64,000 nt of DNA from Octopus bimaculoides (GCF_001194135.2 NC_068986.1:7917020-7981019), one strand, 5' to 3'; counted from the stretch's first letter, positions 24,141 to 37,051 are shown. Numbers and translations: made by a program. Notes: generated by a model not told the origin, from the sequence alone.

Positions 24141-24539
24141 CTATCTTTTGTCCATTTCCCTACCTTTATAGGTATGATTTTCTCTATTCGTATGCATACG
24201 CCTTCATATATATATTTTTTATATAAGAGTATGCATGTGTTTATGTTTATCTATACGCATGCTTCTATGTACGCAGGTATATGCGTTCATATCCATGTTT
24301 AGTTTCTGCGCATATATGCTCAATTAAAATACGTATGAGCCACTATATACTTGATATTTCCTATCCTAACCTCTTAACATGCCCGTGGCATGTGCACCCC
24401 TGACCCCACACCTTATTACGCTACTATATATGAGAGAGACTTTGTACTGCCATCCTTGGCTGTCGAGATGATGGCGCATTTCCGTATCTGCAAACTTAGA
24501 TGATTGACATGTTTCTATTAGCGCCATACATATGGCTTG

Positions 24540-24725
24540 ATTATGTGCAATAAGGTCCTTCAAACATGCTATCGTAGTTATTCTTTGTAAGCTTAGTACT
24601 TATTCTATCGGTCTCCTTTTGCCGAACCGCTAAATTTCGAGGTGGACAAACAGAGGTGAACACATAAATACATATATTCATATACACACTCACACATACC
24701 ATACACACACACATATATGTATGTA
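24540..24725 (-). mobile_element. SINE family A, 3' part
   Basis: ttattctttgtaagcttagtacttattctatcggtctccttttgccgaaccgctaa followed by a CA/TA tract. Confidence 0.8.
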
Positions 24726-25123
24726 TGTGTATATATNNNNNNNNNNNNNNNNNNNNNNNNNNNNNNNNNNNNNNNNNNNNNNNNNNNNNNNNNNNNNNNN
24801 NNNNNNNNNNNNNNNNNNNNNNNNNNNNNNNNNNNNNNNNNNNNNNNNNNNNNNNNNNNNNNNNNNNNNNNNNNNNNNNNNNNNNNNNNNNNNNNNNNNN
24901 NNNNNNNNNNNNNNNNNNNNNNNNNNNNNNNNNNNNNNNNNNNNNNNNNNNNNNNNNNNNNNNNNNNNNNNNNNNNNNNNNNNNNNNNNNNNNNNNNNNN
25001 NNNNNNNNNNNNNNNNNNNNNNNNNNNNNNNNNNNNNNNNNNNNNNNNNNNNNNNNNNNNNNNNNNNNNNNNNNNNNNNNNNNNNNNNNNNNNNNNNNNN
25101 NNNNNNNNNNNNNNNNNNNNNNN

Positions 25124-25195
<72 letters not shown>

Positions 25196-25222
25196 AAGAT
25201 AGAATGGAAGTGAGATAGATAA

Positions 25223-25263
<41 letters not shown>
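25124..25263. repeat. (AT)n-(AG)n-(GATA)n compound microsatellite after gap 24737-25123
   Basis: Read directly from the sequence. Confidence 0.95.
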
Positions 25264-26162
25264 CATGTGGTGGGAGGTGCTGTATAACATAAATTAATCA
25301 GCCTTCTGTTTATCTCTGTAATAAATATTAAATATAATTTAGCAGGTGGGTGATGACACCGCATCTTCAAATGATTCTTTAAATTTTATCGAATGTTCCA
25401 GAAACATTCAGGTATTCTTTCTTGAATACGTAAATGCTTCCTAATGATTGATGGTAGTACAAATGATTGTTGTCGCCGTTGTTATCCTCGTCTCAAACTA
25501 ACAAGCAGCTCAAGACGTATCAGGTGAATGATATATTTACGTTAGTTCATGTGATTGAAACTGTCTGCTTCATAAATTTGGACAGATAATGTACTTCGTC
25601 ATTAGAAAGATAACATCAACACAATTTTTATGAATCGTAGAAGCCAATTCATAATTACTTCGAACATGTAAATCAAACATGAGAATTTTTTTTTCTCATA
25701 TGAAGTAAACGATTGAAATATTAATGTCTTTCCGTACTTAGTAATGGCGTGAGTGAACTGAAACTTATGGCGGAATCAAAAATGCATCATGATGAATAAT
25801 AATGATCGGCTTTAATTTATTAAAATCTCTAGAACTCACTAACTCTTAAATAACACGTTATTGCTTACTTGTCTATATTTTATCATCATCTCTATGAAAA
25901 ATAACAAACCGATTGTTTGTTTGTGTGAACGTTTAATAATGTTTCTATGTGTATAGAAGAAAAACCATTTTGCCACGGTATGAACATGAATTAGTAGGCA
26001 AAGCAATAGGACAAACGTTACAGTTAAGTAATAAATGGTGATTTTTTTTCTTCTTTTCAATTTGCACAAAAGGGTAGTTGGAAATATCTGATGTGTTTTC
26101 CTCCGCAGAAACAAATTCATTGTTTTATGACTATTAATATACTTTTTCAATAAAGATATTCT

Positions 26163-26236
<74 letters not shown>

Positions 26237-26367
26237 NNNNNNNNNNNNNNNNNNNNNNNNNNNNNNNNNNNNNNNNNNNNNNNNNNNNNNNNNNNNNNNN
26301 NNNNNNNNNNNNNNNNNNNNNNNNNNNNNNNNNNNNNNNNNNNNNNNNNNNNNNNNNNNNNNNNNNN

Positions 26368-26424
<57 letters not shown>

Positions 26425-26679
26425 TTTATTCGTTTGTAATAAATTACTTCCTTTGCGATTAATATCGGTTTGCTTCAATCGTTTTAATAAAATTGAATCA
26501 GCAGCTTTCAAGTAAATTCTTCTAACTCTCACTTTGATGACAAAAGCACAGTGTTGATGTTTATATTAATGACAGCAGTCGTCGAGGTGCAACTCACAAT
26601 TTTCTAGGAGTGTGTGTAAACATCATTCTATTCAACCGGAAGAATCAATGTTATGTTGGAAATAATAATAATTCTTGAT

Positions 26680-26900
26680 ATTTGGAATGCATGGCGTAAA
26701 TTCTGACCAGGGTAGAATTGAAACTATACACGGAAGGTTCACCAAACACCCATAATCTATTATGGGATATGCCTATTTATATCACTTAACAACGCTAATG
26801 GTCATACATATAAAGGGTAGCTTGTAGCAGGGAAAATAAATAAATGCTTGACCATAATCACAAATAATACTTTGGTCGACCGTCCAGCGATTTAAAGATG
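26680..26900 (+). mobile_element. CR1/L2-like LINE C-terminal relic
   Basis: IWNAW...IETIHGRFTKHP*SIMGYAYLYHLTTL resembles VW.P....LE.IQRRFTK.I......Y..RL..L. Confidence 0.4.
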
Positions 26901-27849
26901 CTAATTTAAAAATTATGACAGATTACAAACTCTCCTAACAGTAATTTTCTCTCGTATGACAACAAACCAATAATTTGATGTTTTCAAATCTACCAATTTA
27001 CAGGAGATACACAGATATTATTGATGTATTTCTACTCAATATTGATTATATTGCCATTAGCATTCAAATTAACTGTGAAAAGAAGTCATTAACTGCAAAA
27101 ATGTTATCAATATTTTTGTAGATAATAACCATTCTGTTATTTATGGATAAATGGATTCACAATGAGAAAATGTCGAATGAGTTCTTAGGATGCATTAATA
27201 CATAGAATAAATGTGACGATGATGATGATGATGATGATAATGACGACGACGACGACGACGACGACGATGGCGACGGTAATGGCCGTTATGGTGGTAGTAG
27301 TGGTGGCGATGGTTGTGTTAGAGATGAAAAATATATACAAATCCTCAAATGTTATTCATTACAACACTATTGATATAATTATGTTAATGTCACGTGTTGT
27401 GTAGTGTTTCTCAAATTCTATCAATTGATATTTAGATAATGATAGAATTTCAACTGAATTACGCAGAATAATTGCAATTGAGAGTATCGAAGTTGTAGTG
27501 TTGATATAACTTTCCTTTCTATTATCATCCGTGTTTCCAAAATACTGTTTCTAAACTGAATATCTCTTTCCTTAATTGCAAAACAAAGAAATACAAATAT
27601 TAAACATTGTTCTTCCTTGTACCATGTTTTGCTGCCACATTCCTACACTAAACATTTTACCCAATTCTTTAGCTCTATAACTGCCACTACTGAAACCTTG
27701 TCATCTTTCCTACAGAAAATAATTTAATCTGACAATCACATTTCCCTCTCACTCTTTGATGAACCGTAAAGGATTTCAGGCCTAAAAGGTAGAAAAATTA
27801 TTTCCTCGATTTCTGATGGCTTCTTTGTTTATTTTTATTTATTTTGTTT

Positions 27850-28130
27850 TTGTGAAAGACTGCTCGAATTTTTGTCTCAATTTACAAAACCTTTATAAGT
27901 ATCCAAAATTCCAAAGTTGTTTCCAAAACGGTAGCGAACTCAGATTTTGGTTACTTAATATAACCGCTTCTTCTTGCAGTGGCCTTTGGTCCTGTATCTG
28001 GTTATTTTTGATTGAAGGGCCCGCATATAACTGATAGTTTCTATTATTGCCATTTATACACTTTATCTTCTTTGGAAAAATTTCACATATACAATACCAA
28101 GATATTTTGCTTTTCTGCAGTGATAAGGTT
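27850..28130 (-). mobile_element. Decayed LINE RT N-terminal fragment
   Basis: Minus strand IFPKKIKCINGNNRNYQL and PDTGPKATARRS weakly resemble PI.KKGD...NYR.ISL and P.Q.GF..GRS. Confidence 0.3.
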
Positions 28131-29979
28131 TATATTTGTACTTTAAGAAATTGTGCATTGACATGAACCTGTCCTAAGTTACTGTGTGTAAACACAATTC
28201 TAGACAAAACTTTCTCAACATCTTCTCTTCAGTTAGCTTGCCTATTTGTTTTTCGGGAGTTAATCAAGGCTCACCACTTATTCTGGTAATGTATTCTATA
28301 TTTCAGCTAGTTGTGTTCTACGTTTTCCCCGTGGAGAGAACATGTTGTAGTTTGCTCTAGCGATCCTCTTGACACAGTCAGAAGTGAGTATATCAAAGCA
28401 TTACTATTTAGAGTATGAACAACTTCAAATTATGTTTTTGACGGACAATTTCAACTGTCATTGTTTTGCATCCTCTACAGGACAACAGTGATTTTGTACA
28501 CGAACATATAATGTGTGTTCCTCTTTCTTACACAATGATGTTAACCTTCATTTTGTTTTTAGATATTATTGCCTAATACTTTTTTGTTATTTTTTAGTTT
28601 CATCAAAAAGCTCTGAACACGGATGATAATAGAAAGGAAAGTTATATAACATGCATATAGACTCTATGTAAATGGAGAAATATAAATTGTGGATAAACCA
28701 TAGTTCTTGATATTTCGAGAGAGGGAATCATCTAATAAGTTTCCTTTTTCTGAAGATTCCTCTAAATTTTATAGGATTGTTGTTGTATAAACAGTTTATT
28801 CATAACCACGCTGCTTTGACACGTTGATATATATATATGTGTGTGTGTATGTATATGTATATATATATATATGTGTATGTATGTATGTATATGTATATGA
28901 AGAGTGTGTTTAAAACTATACATGCACATGCACATAAACTCAATCATGTGTGTGTGCATTGTCAATTGGAATTTTATTGAAATTCAAAGGTTTTCATAAC
29001 ACAGAATGATAAACTGTCTACCTCTTAAAGCAACTTATGAATTACTATATCTTCCTACTATTATCGGGTACTGTTATAAGAGTTATCGCCTAATCCTTAT
29101 ACTTCTTAACAAAAGGAATATCACAAATCGATAAGCAGACATTAACCACGTAAGTCAGATCTGCAGTCTTACAGTTTCTTCTAAAAGTAAAACACAAAAC
29201 GAAAATCTATTTACTTGAGTCAGTTCTGAGTCAGCAAGTTAGCATATTTATTTTAACCTATTACATATACAGTAATGTTTTGGAGTAATTTAACTGGTAA
29301 GGCTGTCAGGTATTTGATAAATATGATTAACCTTTTCTAAATGTTCTTTATCACAGACAGTCTGTGCTAAAGCAGTATCTCTTTCCATCATCAGTCTAGA
29401 AAAATACAAGCTTACCTATAAAAAAGATCACGTGGTATTTCTCCGTAATGTCTGAGCTAACATTTACACATGTTATTTTATTCCATCAAACCAAGAAAAT
29501 ATACATCCGACTGTTAGTAAATGGCTATAGTTCTCATTCATAATACGTCGGCAGTCTCCTTTATTCAAGCTTACTTATCGTGTCCGGCAGCTTTCTATAG
29601 TTTTTCCATGTATTTCTCTTTTTAAAAAATCATTATTAAATTCTGTATTGCTTCGTCTAAAAGAACGAAATCTAATAAATATAATGTCAGATAGTTGATG
29701 AGATGAACAGAATCGAGAAATGGTATTAAAATGAGGAATGTCAAAACCGCTCTAGCTAGGGAATACTATCAATGTTGTACGGTGAAGATAATTAGTTTTG
29801 TAAAGTTATGAGCTTACCGCAAATTAGTTTGTTATTCATCAGTCAATATCTATCATGGTTATCTGTAGGAAAATAATAGAATCGCCTTTGCCAACAAGTA
29901 AAACAACTGTTTCGTCTTTTCCCAAACTGCATCTATTTAATTGATAATTTCTATGTGTAAATCACATAATATCAATAGT

Positions 29980-30185
29980 GGCTTCAAATTTTGGTACAAG
30001 GCCAGCAATTTCGGGAGAGAAGATAAGTCGAATACATTGACTCCAGTTCTTAACTGGTACTTATTTCATCGGAAAGATGACAGGTAAATTTGACCTCGGC
30101 GTAATTTGAACCGAGAACCTGACGACAGACGTACTACCAAGCATTTTGCCCGACATACAACCGATTCTGCCAGCTCGCTGCCTTC
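29980..30185 (-). mobile_element. tRNA-derived SINE (family B), near full length
   Basis: Minus strand aaggcagcgagctggcagaatcggttgtatgtcgggcaaaatgcttggtag...ggttctcggttcaaattacgccgaggtcaaattt...aagtaccagttaagaactggagtcaatg...ggccttgtaccaaaatttgaagcc. Confidence 0.85.
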
Positions 30186-31124
30186 AACATCATATCAATA
30201 TTAATAGCTAGAATGTACACAAATTTATAACTGTCGGAGCACCAAACTATATTGTAGAATATGCCAACACAAAAATAGCGATGATATTCTTCAAATATAA
30301 CCAACAGAGTATAGGGATAAAAACAAGCATGGCAGCTTTAAATAGGATATGGATTGCATTTAGCTAGTCGAAGGGAATAGATGCATCTTAGCGAAAATAA
30401 TTTGAAATTGAATCGGAAGATTTATATCTTAAACACACCAATACACACATACAATAAAACATACGTACATATCAGCACATGCACAGATACATCATACACA
30501 CGTATCTACACATGTACCAAGACATACTTCAATACATCTATATTAATTAAGCTTATATATGAATTATAAAAGATGAAGATATAATAAGATTAGTAAATGT
30601 TTGTGAATCCTACAAAGATTTTTTCGTATAAAATATGGTCATAGAATCCCGTTTCATCAAACGATAAACCATTCAAAAATTAAAAGACTAAAGGAGAAGT
30701 GTCGTACAGAATAATAACAATGTTATTTAATACGAGTGGGTCCTCTCCCGATGATGGCTTTTCAGTTTCTGGCCGAGTACAAATAGGTTAAAAAGTATAT
30801 TTTTAATAAAATAATATCAAATTTTATAAGTGTTTTACCAAACTTTCTATGCCCCACACTCAAGACACAATCCTACATTGTAAATCTTAATTTTATGGCT
30901 TGGCTTGTACTTCATTTTTTTGTGCCACATGACAAAGAGGTTCTTGGAATTGGATTTAAGAGAAAAATATCGGAACTAAGCTGATATCCGTGCGCAGGTA
31001 TGCCTGGCCAATGAACACGTAAGAATAAATTCAAATCACCACGCCAACAGTAGCCTACCGGCAATTACGCAATAGTTGTGTGTTCAGTATATGTGGTTAC
31101 TACTCTAATGCTGCTTCTGCATCA

Positions 31125-31420
31125 TGGCTTAGTTGTTAGGATGTTGCACTCACGATTGCGATGACGTGGGTTCGTTTCCCAGACCGGGAATCACGTTGTA
31201 TTCTTGAGCAAAACACTTCATTTCACGTAGCTCTGCGATAATTTCGTCATCTGACATATGGCCCACGGTGCACCTGTACAGTTAATGCCTATTTGATGGA
31301 GGGAGTGAGCTAAAATATACACATACATTTGATCACTATAAACAAATCTGTGTGGTTGTTCGGTAACAAATTGCCAAACCCACATCCGTCGTCTAAGGAC
31401 GGGAATGTCCATAATATATA
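31125..31420 (+). mobile_element. tRNA-derived SINE (family C)
   Basis: A-box tggcttagttgttagg, B-box gggttcgtttccc, CORE-like ttgtattcttgagcaaaacacttcatttcac. Confidence 0.8.
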
Positions 31421-32016
31421 TATATATATATAAAACAGTAATGATATTTGTCTCCTATTAGAAAACAAAAAAAGTTTATATAGGACTGCAAAAGAAGTGC
31501 TCAAATATAAATGAGACCAGGACAGAAAGGCATTAATAACAGAATAAAAACATTGTTACGTGGTGAAATACATCTATCCAGGAGTTCCTGGCTGTAATAT
31601 TAATTCATTTCGCCATTTCAAGAGTTATGTGCAACAGTGGTGGTTCAGCCACTGGACTCGATGCAATCAATGTTTGAATGAGCGTGCTCATTTGAAAAAA
31701 AGATAGAAAGAATCAGTGGGGAAGATAATTAACTACACTGTAATTGTAACCACAGCTTCCGAACATAAATTAACATTACATAAACCAACAGCATAATAGT
31801 TTATGATCTCACTTAATTTGGACGTGCTGTTTTAAATACCGTAAGCTGCGCTAAATCGTCCTGATAAATCATTTCGTGAAGGTGCCGATTATATCGACAG
31901 GCGAAATTTATTCAGCAGCCGTGGATAGGTCCGTTGTGTCACGTCGCTTTTAAGCACTGCCTTTTGCTGTGGTAGCACAACAAAATATGCTGAAACCACC
32001 GCCTTTGAAACAACAC

Positions 32017-32048
<32 letters not shown>

Positions 32049-32049
32049 C

Positions 32050-32680
32050 ATACATATTTAATAATAATATAGGATAAAATTAATTAATTAATTAATAACT
32101 GTTAATTTTATCAAGTAGTAGTGAGTACGTTAGAAAACTTTCTAGGTGAATTATACAAAGTATTCTATAATTATATACGTAATTATGTATATAATTATAG
32201 AATATTATATATATATCTGGTAAATTCCGGTATATACTTTTTGCAATCCTCAATATGAATACTTGTTATCTACATCTGGTCAGACTGGAATTCAAATCTC
32301 GTTAGAGGAACTTCAAGTGTTTACCATTGGTATATATGGTGTGTAGCCTATTCATAGTAGAGCATATCAGTCAAAAAAGAAGACGAAGAATTAGTTGTTT
32401 ACAACAAGTGTAGTAGTATTCGTTACAGCTGTTTCAATACCATTGCGTCTCGAACGACACCGCGTAGAAATACAAATGATTAAAAGCTACAACTTCTGTA
32501 TAAAGTTACCCATGGCTGAATAGGCCAGTGTGGCACCACAGACGACCCTAGTGCTAGCCTGATGAGGTACCACTACGGGTCATTCATCCATGGCTAAAAG
32601 ATGTTGTGGAACCTGTTCATTTGCTTTTATACGTGATATGGTTCGAAACGTTATACTACTGAAACGATTGTGGCTGTACT
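32050..32680 (+). mobile_element. Probable PLE-related element: AT palindrome, degenerate tRNA-like segment and hammerhead-like boxes
   Basis: 18-bp perfect inverted repeat at 32161-32204; ggaattcaaatctcgttagagga (T-arm-like) near 32288-32310; CTGATGAG at 32559 and GAAAC at 32645. Confidence 0.45.
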
Positions 32681-32728
32681 AAACTTGTACTACATTAACG
32701 CTTCGCCTTCTTCCTTGACTTCTACACA

Positions 32729-32772
<44 letters not shown>

Positions 32773-32782
32773 NNNNNNNNNN

Positions 32783-32821
<39 letters not shown>

Positions 32822-33753
32822 ACACATACATGTACACATAATTGTGTATGTATGTATGTATGTATGTATGTATTGACAGACATTTACCCTGAAACTAATA
32901 AATCTTAATCTATTTATATTAATGTTTATTTACTTTGTCAAACAGGTTTGTAAAAATCATTTCTGAATTCAATTATAAACTTCAACATTGTATCATAGCA
33001 ACTATATTTTTTAAATATTTCAAATAAGTGAAATAGTGTTGTTATATTAACATATTTCAGAAAATGTATAATTACATAGTAATTAAATAATCAATCTTAA
33101 AATACACACACACACAGAATGCACACATATATATGTCTGTGCGCGCGCGCGCGTAATACAATATAGTATAACATTAGTATAAGATCACATAGAATGAAGT
33201 TATTAAATATACAGTTAGATATATACTTATGTATGCATGTATGTATGGATGGATGGCGTTTATGAGTTTGTAAATGGCAGCATATAAAAAGGCTTGAGTG
33301 TGTTCCTCTACGCTAGTGTATAATTCTAAAACCGAATTCTTTTTGTACTCTTTTCATCCAATTCTATCTTTAATTTTCTCTCAGATGGTTAATAAGCAAA
33401 TATGTTCTATATATTACTTAGCGTCACACTAAAACAGAGAGAGATCCTCATCTATGTTAATGAAAGTTGATTTAATTATTTTAATTCATGTATTGTTAAA
33501 TTTTATCGTTAGCTTGATAATATAAAATGAAAACACTTTCAATGCGTAACATATTGATTCATTGATTTGATATTAAATAGAGTTTATTGCGAAACGATTA
33601 GTGACCTTAAAATACTGATGCGATATTTGTCTCCCAGTGCATTTAATTAGTCCAAGAGGTATTTTGTGGGTTTCGTTGATAGCGATTTTTTTGTATTTAA
33701 AATAAATTCATCTTTTCTATTTCCATTTATGTGATGGAGGAATTAATCTACGG

Positions 33754-33808
<55 letters not shown>

Positions 33809-33846
33809 NNNNNNNNNNNNNNNNNNNNNNNNNNNNNNNNNNNNNN

Positions 33847-33890
<44 letters not shown>

Positions 33891-34099
33891 CATATACACA
33901 TGTGGGTATGTAGGTGTTTGTGTACGTGTGCATGTGTGTCTGTGCGTAGTTTCCTGTTAGTGTATAATACCCCAAAAAAGTACTACACCCATTGAGAGAT
34001 AAATATCATTCTATGAATACAGCCATTATACACGAGATAAATTACTTCAAGTTCGTCGATTTGATATTCATTTCTTTTTAGATTTCACCCTTTAGAACT

Positions 34100-35005
34100 A
34101 ATAACGAGAACGACACTAAGATTTGAACAAAGAAAATTTATCCGAAAATGCGAGTAGAAGTTTGAAAACACATAGTGCAAAGAGGAAGTTTTAAACATAT
34201 CTATCTTCGCATTATTCGGATTAAAGATAAGTTTGAGTCAGATGGAATTGTACAGAATGTCCACAAGAAAGGTTTTAGAAGATCGCGGACATCTACAATC
34301 CTCACAAAGGAAAAAAATGTATTGCCAGAGTTCTCTTTGGCAAGCGAATGGTCGGATAGGAATTTCACAATCGAGCGACAATCGTATATTGAAATCCTGT
34401 CACTGGAAAAGATACGTTCCAAAAGTAGTCCATGCTCTGAATGCAGATAATCTGGAATCAAGAGTTACGTGAATAACACTTAACAAGATGTGTAGATGCT
34501 CATCGCTCAAATACAAGAAGGTTGCTTGGAATGATGAAGCTATATTGAAATTAAATGGCTCAGTTAACCGCCATATTTGCACTTACTAGGGATATGAGAA
34601 TCTACATATTACGGAAGACCATCATGTTAATTTACCAAGTGTTACATTACGATGCGGCTTATCAAAAGGATTCTGTTTTGACGGTATTTTGACTAGTCTC
34701 ATTTACTTCAACTTACTGCAACAATCTGTCATGTCAAGCATTGAAGGGGAATTTGGAGATGTAATGTTTTATTTCCAGCAAGATGGGGCATTACCACTCA
34801 ACCAAAGCAATGTAAAGATCTACTTTGATGAGATTTTGCCAAACAGGGGGATTGTACAAAGAGGTTTAGTAGAATACTCTCCGTGATGACCGGACCTCAC
34901 ATCACAAGATATTTTAGATAGGGTATCCTGAGAAAATCGCAACATTTGATGAATTGAGAGCAGCATTTGAACAAGAATCCTTACAAATACCAAGAGAATG
35001 GATTT
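34100..35005 (+). pseudogene. Tc1/mariner DD41D (rosa-type, DUF4817-like N-terminus) transposase relic
   Basis: LRFEQRKFIRKCE*KFEN; PKVVHALNADNLESRV; WNDEAILKLNGSVNRH; HHVNLPSV; FYFQQDGALP...EYSP**PDLTSQD. Counting through the two stop codons gives 41 residues between the second and third catalytic Asp. Confidence 0.85.
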
Positions 35006-35036
35006 TCGTACGTGTGCGTGTGTGTGTGTGTGTGTG

Positions 35037-35200
35037 TTCTTTTTTGACTGATTTGCTTTACTATAAAACAGGCTACATACCATATATACCACTGGTAGAC
35101 ACTTGAAGTTCCTCTAACGAGATTTGAATTCCAGTCCGTCCAGATCTAGATAGCAAGTATTCATATTGAGAGTTGCAAAAAGAATATACTGGAATTTACC
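35037..35200 (-). repeat. Inverted copy of 32219-32381
   Basis: Its reverse complement aligns essentially without gaps to 32219-32381 (ggtaaattcc.gtatat...gactggaattcaaatctcgttagaggaacttcaagtgt.tacca.tggtatatatgg...tcagtcaaaaaagaa). Confidence 0.92.
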
Positions 35201-36030
35201 TTATATATNNNNNNNNNNNNNNNNNNNNNNNNNNNNNNNNNNNNNNNNNNNNNNNNNNNNNNNNNNNNNNNNNNNNNNNNNNNNNNNNNNNNNNNNNNNN
35301 NNNNNNNNNNNNNNNNNNNNNNNNNNNNNNNNNNNNNNNNNNNNNNNNNNNNNNNNNNNNNNNNNNNNNNNNNNNNNNNNNNNNNNNNNNNNNNNNNNNN
35401 NNNNNNNNNNNNNNNNNNNNNNNNNNNNNNNNNNNNNNNNNNNNNNNNNNNNNNNNNNNNNNNNNNNNNNNNNNNNNNNNNNNNNNNNNNNNNNNNNNNN
35501 NNNNNNNNNNNNNNNNNNNNNNNNNNNNNNNNNNNNNNNNNNNNNNNNNNNNNNNNNNNNNNNNNNNNNNNNNNNNNNNNNNNNNNNNNNNNNNNNNNNN
35601 NNNNNNNNNNNNNNNNNNNNNNNNNNNNNNNNNNNNNNNNNNNNNNNNNNNNNNNNNNNNNNNNNNNNNNNNNNNNNNNNNNNNNNNNNNNNNNNNNNNN
35701 NNNNNNNNNNNNNNNNNNNNNNNNNNNNNNNNNNNNNNNNNNNNNNNNNNNNNNNNNNNNNNNNNNNNNNNNNNNNNNNNNNNNNNNNNNNNNNNNNNNN
35801 NNNNNNNNNNNNNNNNNNNNNNNNNNNNNNNNNNNNNNNNNNNNNNNNNNNNNNNNNNNNNNNNNNNNNNNNNNNNNNNNNNNNNNNNNNNNNNNNNNNN
35901 NNNNNNNNNNNNNNNNNNNNNNNNNNNNNNNNNNNNNNNNNNNNNNNCCCCCAACCCGTTTTTCGGACCACAAAAAGGGTTTGGTAATTTTTCAGATTAA
36001 CACCCGTACGATTTCCACTAGGGTGTTACG

Positions 36031-36109
36031 GTTAGGATTAGGATTAGGGTTAGGGTTAAGGTCTTAGGGTCAGAGTTAGGGTTAGGGTTTAAGGATAGGT
36101 TTAGAGTTA
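36031..36109 (+). repeat. Degenerate interstitial (TTAGGG)n-like tract
   Basis: gttaggattaggattagggttagggttaaggtcttagggtcagagttagggttagggtttaaggataggtttagagtta. Confidence 0.8.
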
Positions 36110-36906
36110 ACATAGAAGGGACAGGCTCCTTATTCTTTGGTTAAGGTTGTTGGTAAGCTTTCCTAAGTTACTCCAATCCAGATCCCCAATGCAAACCTTC
36201 AGATCAACCTTCTCCTATGCAGATCTCTAATCTAACATTTAAAAAAAGAGTCAATAAGTGAAAATAACCAATAAACTGATTCCTTATGGGATTTCCCAAT
36301 CAAATTGCCAGCAAACCATTTTCAGCCAAACCAATTTCAACGGATTTCGCTCAAATCTGATGTCGATGTTACTTATTTTGGTTTGAAATAAAGGACTTAA
36401 TCATTTAATAATCCTAGCTTAATCCCGAGTTATACTGCTAGTATATAATATTCAGGAGCCCCTGTATCAGAATGGTCAGAATTTAGAAAACAGAAAACAG
36501 GCATTCACAAAAGAAAAAAAAAACAATAATTGTAACTATAGATTCTATTAAAATTTGAAAATGAAATATACATACATACATACATACATACATACATACA
36601 CACAAACAAAGACACACACACACACACACAGACACACACAAAGACACACACACACACAGACANNNNNNNNNNNNNNNNNNNNNNNNNNNNNNNNNNNNNN
36701 NNNNNNNNNNNNNNNNNNNNNNNNNNNNNNNNNNNNNNNNNNNNNNNNNNNNNNNNNNNNNNNNNNNNNNNNNNNNNNNNNNNNNNNNNNNNNNNNNNNN
36801 NNNNNNNNNNNNNNNNNNNNNNNNNNNNNNNNNNNNNNNNNNNNNNNNNNNNNNNNNNNNNNNNNNNNNNNNNNNNNNNNNNNNNNNNNNNNNNNNNNNN
36901 NNNNNN

Positions 36907-37050
36907 GTAAATAACAAAAGGATGTATTAGTATGACGCTCGGGAATGCGGAAAGTCTTTGACGTTTCGAGCTACGCTCTTCAACAGAAAGAATACGGAGA
37001 CAAGGAGAAAAACACGGTGAAAAAAAATTGAATAGTGTTCAGTCAACTGT
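36907..37050 (-). mobile_element. Penelope-like terminal repeat fragment (same family as 130-290)
   Basis: gatgtattagt..gacgctcgggaa..gaaagtcttt.acgtttcgagc.tacgctcttcaacagaaag is shared with 183-253. Confidence 0.7.
36956..36990 (-). ncRNA. Minimal type I hammerhead ribozyme-like motif
   Basis: Minus strand CUUU-CUGUUGA-A-GAGC-gua-GCUC-GAAAC-GUC-AAAG: stem I, stem II, palindromic ACGU stem III and a GUC cleavage triplet; the core has U instead of A at position 6. Confidence 0.55.
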
Positions 37051-37051
37051 C

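Noticed and set aside
31548-31705. ~52-codon open frame (YIYPGVPGCNINSFRHFKSYVQQWWFSHWTRCNQC)
   Set aside because: No start codon, splice sites or recognisable motif; within chance length.
36031-36109. True chromosome telomere
   Set aside because: Short, degenerate and followed by 28 kb of ordinary sequence.
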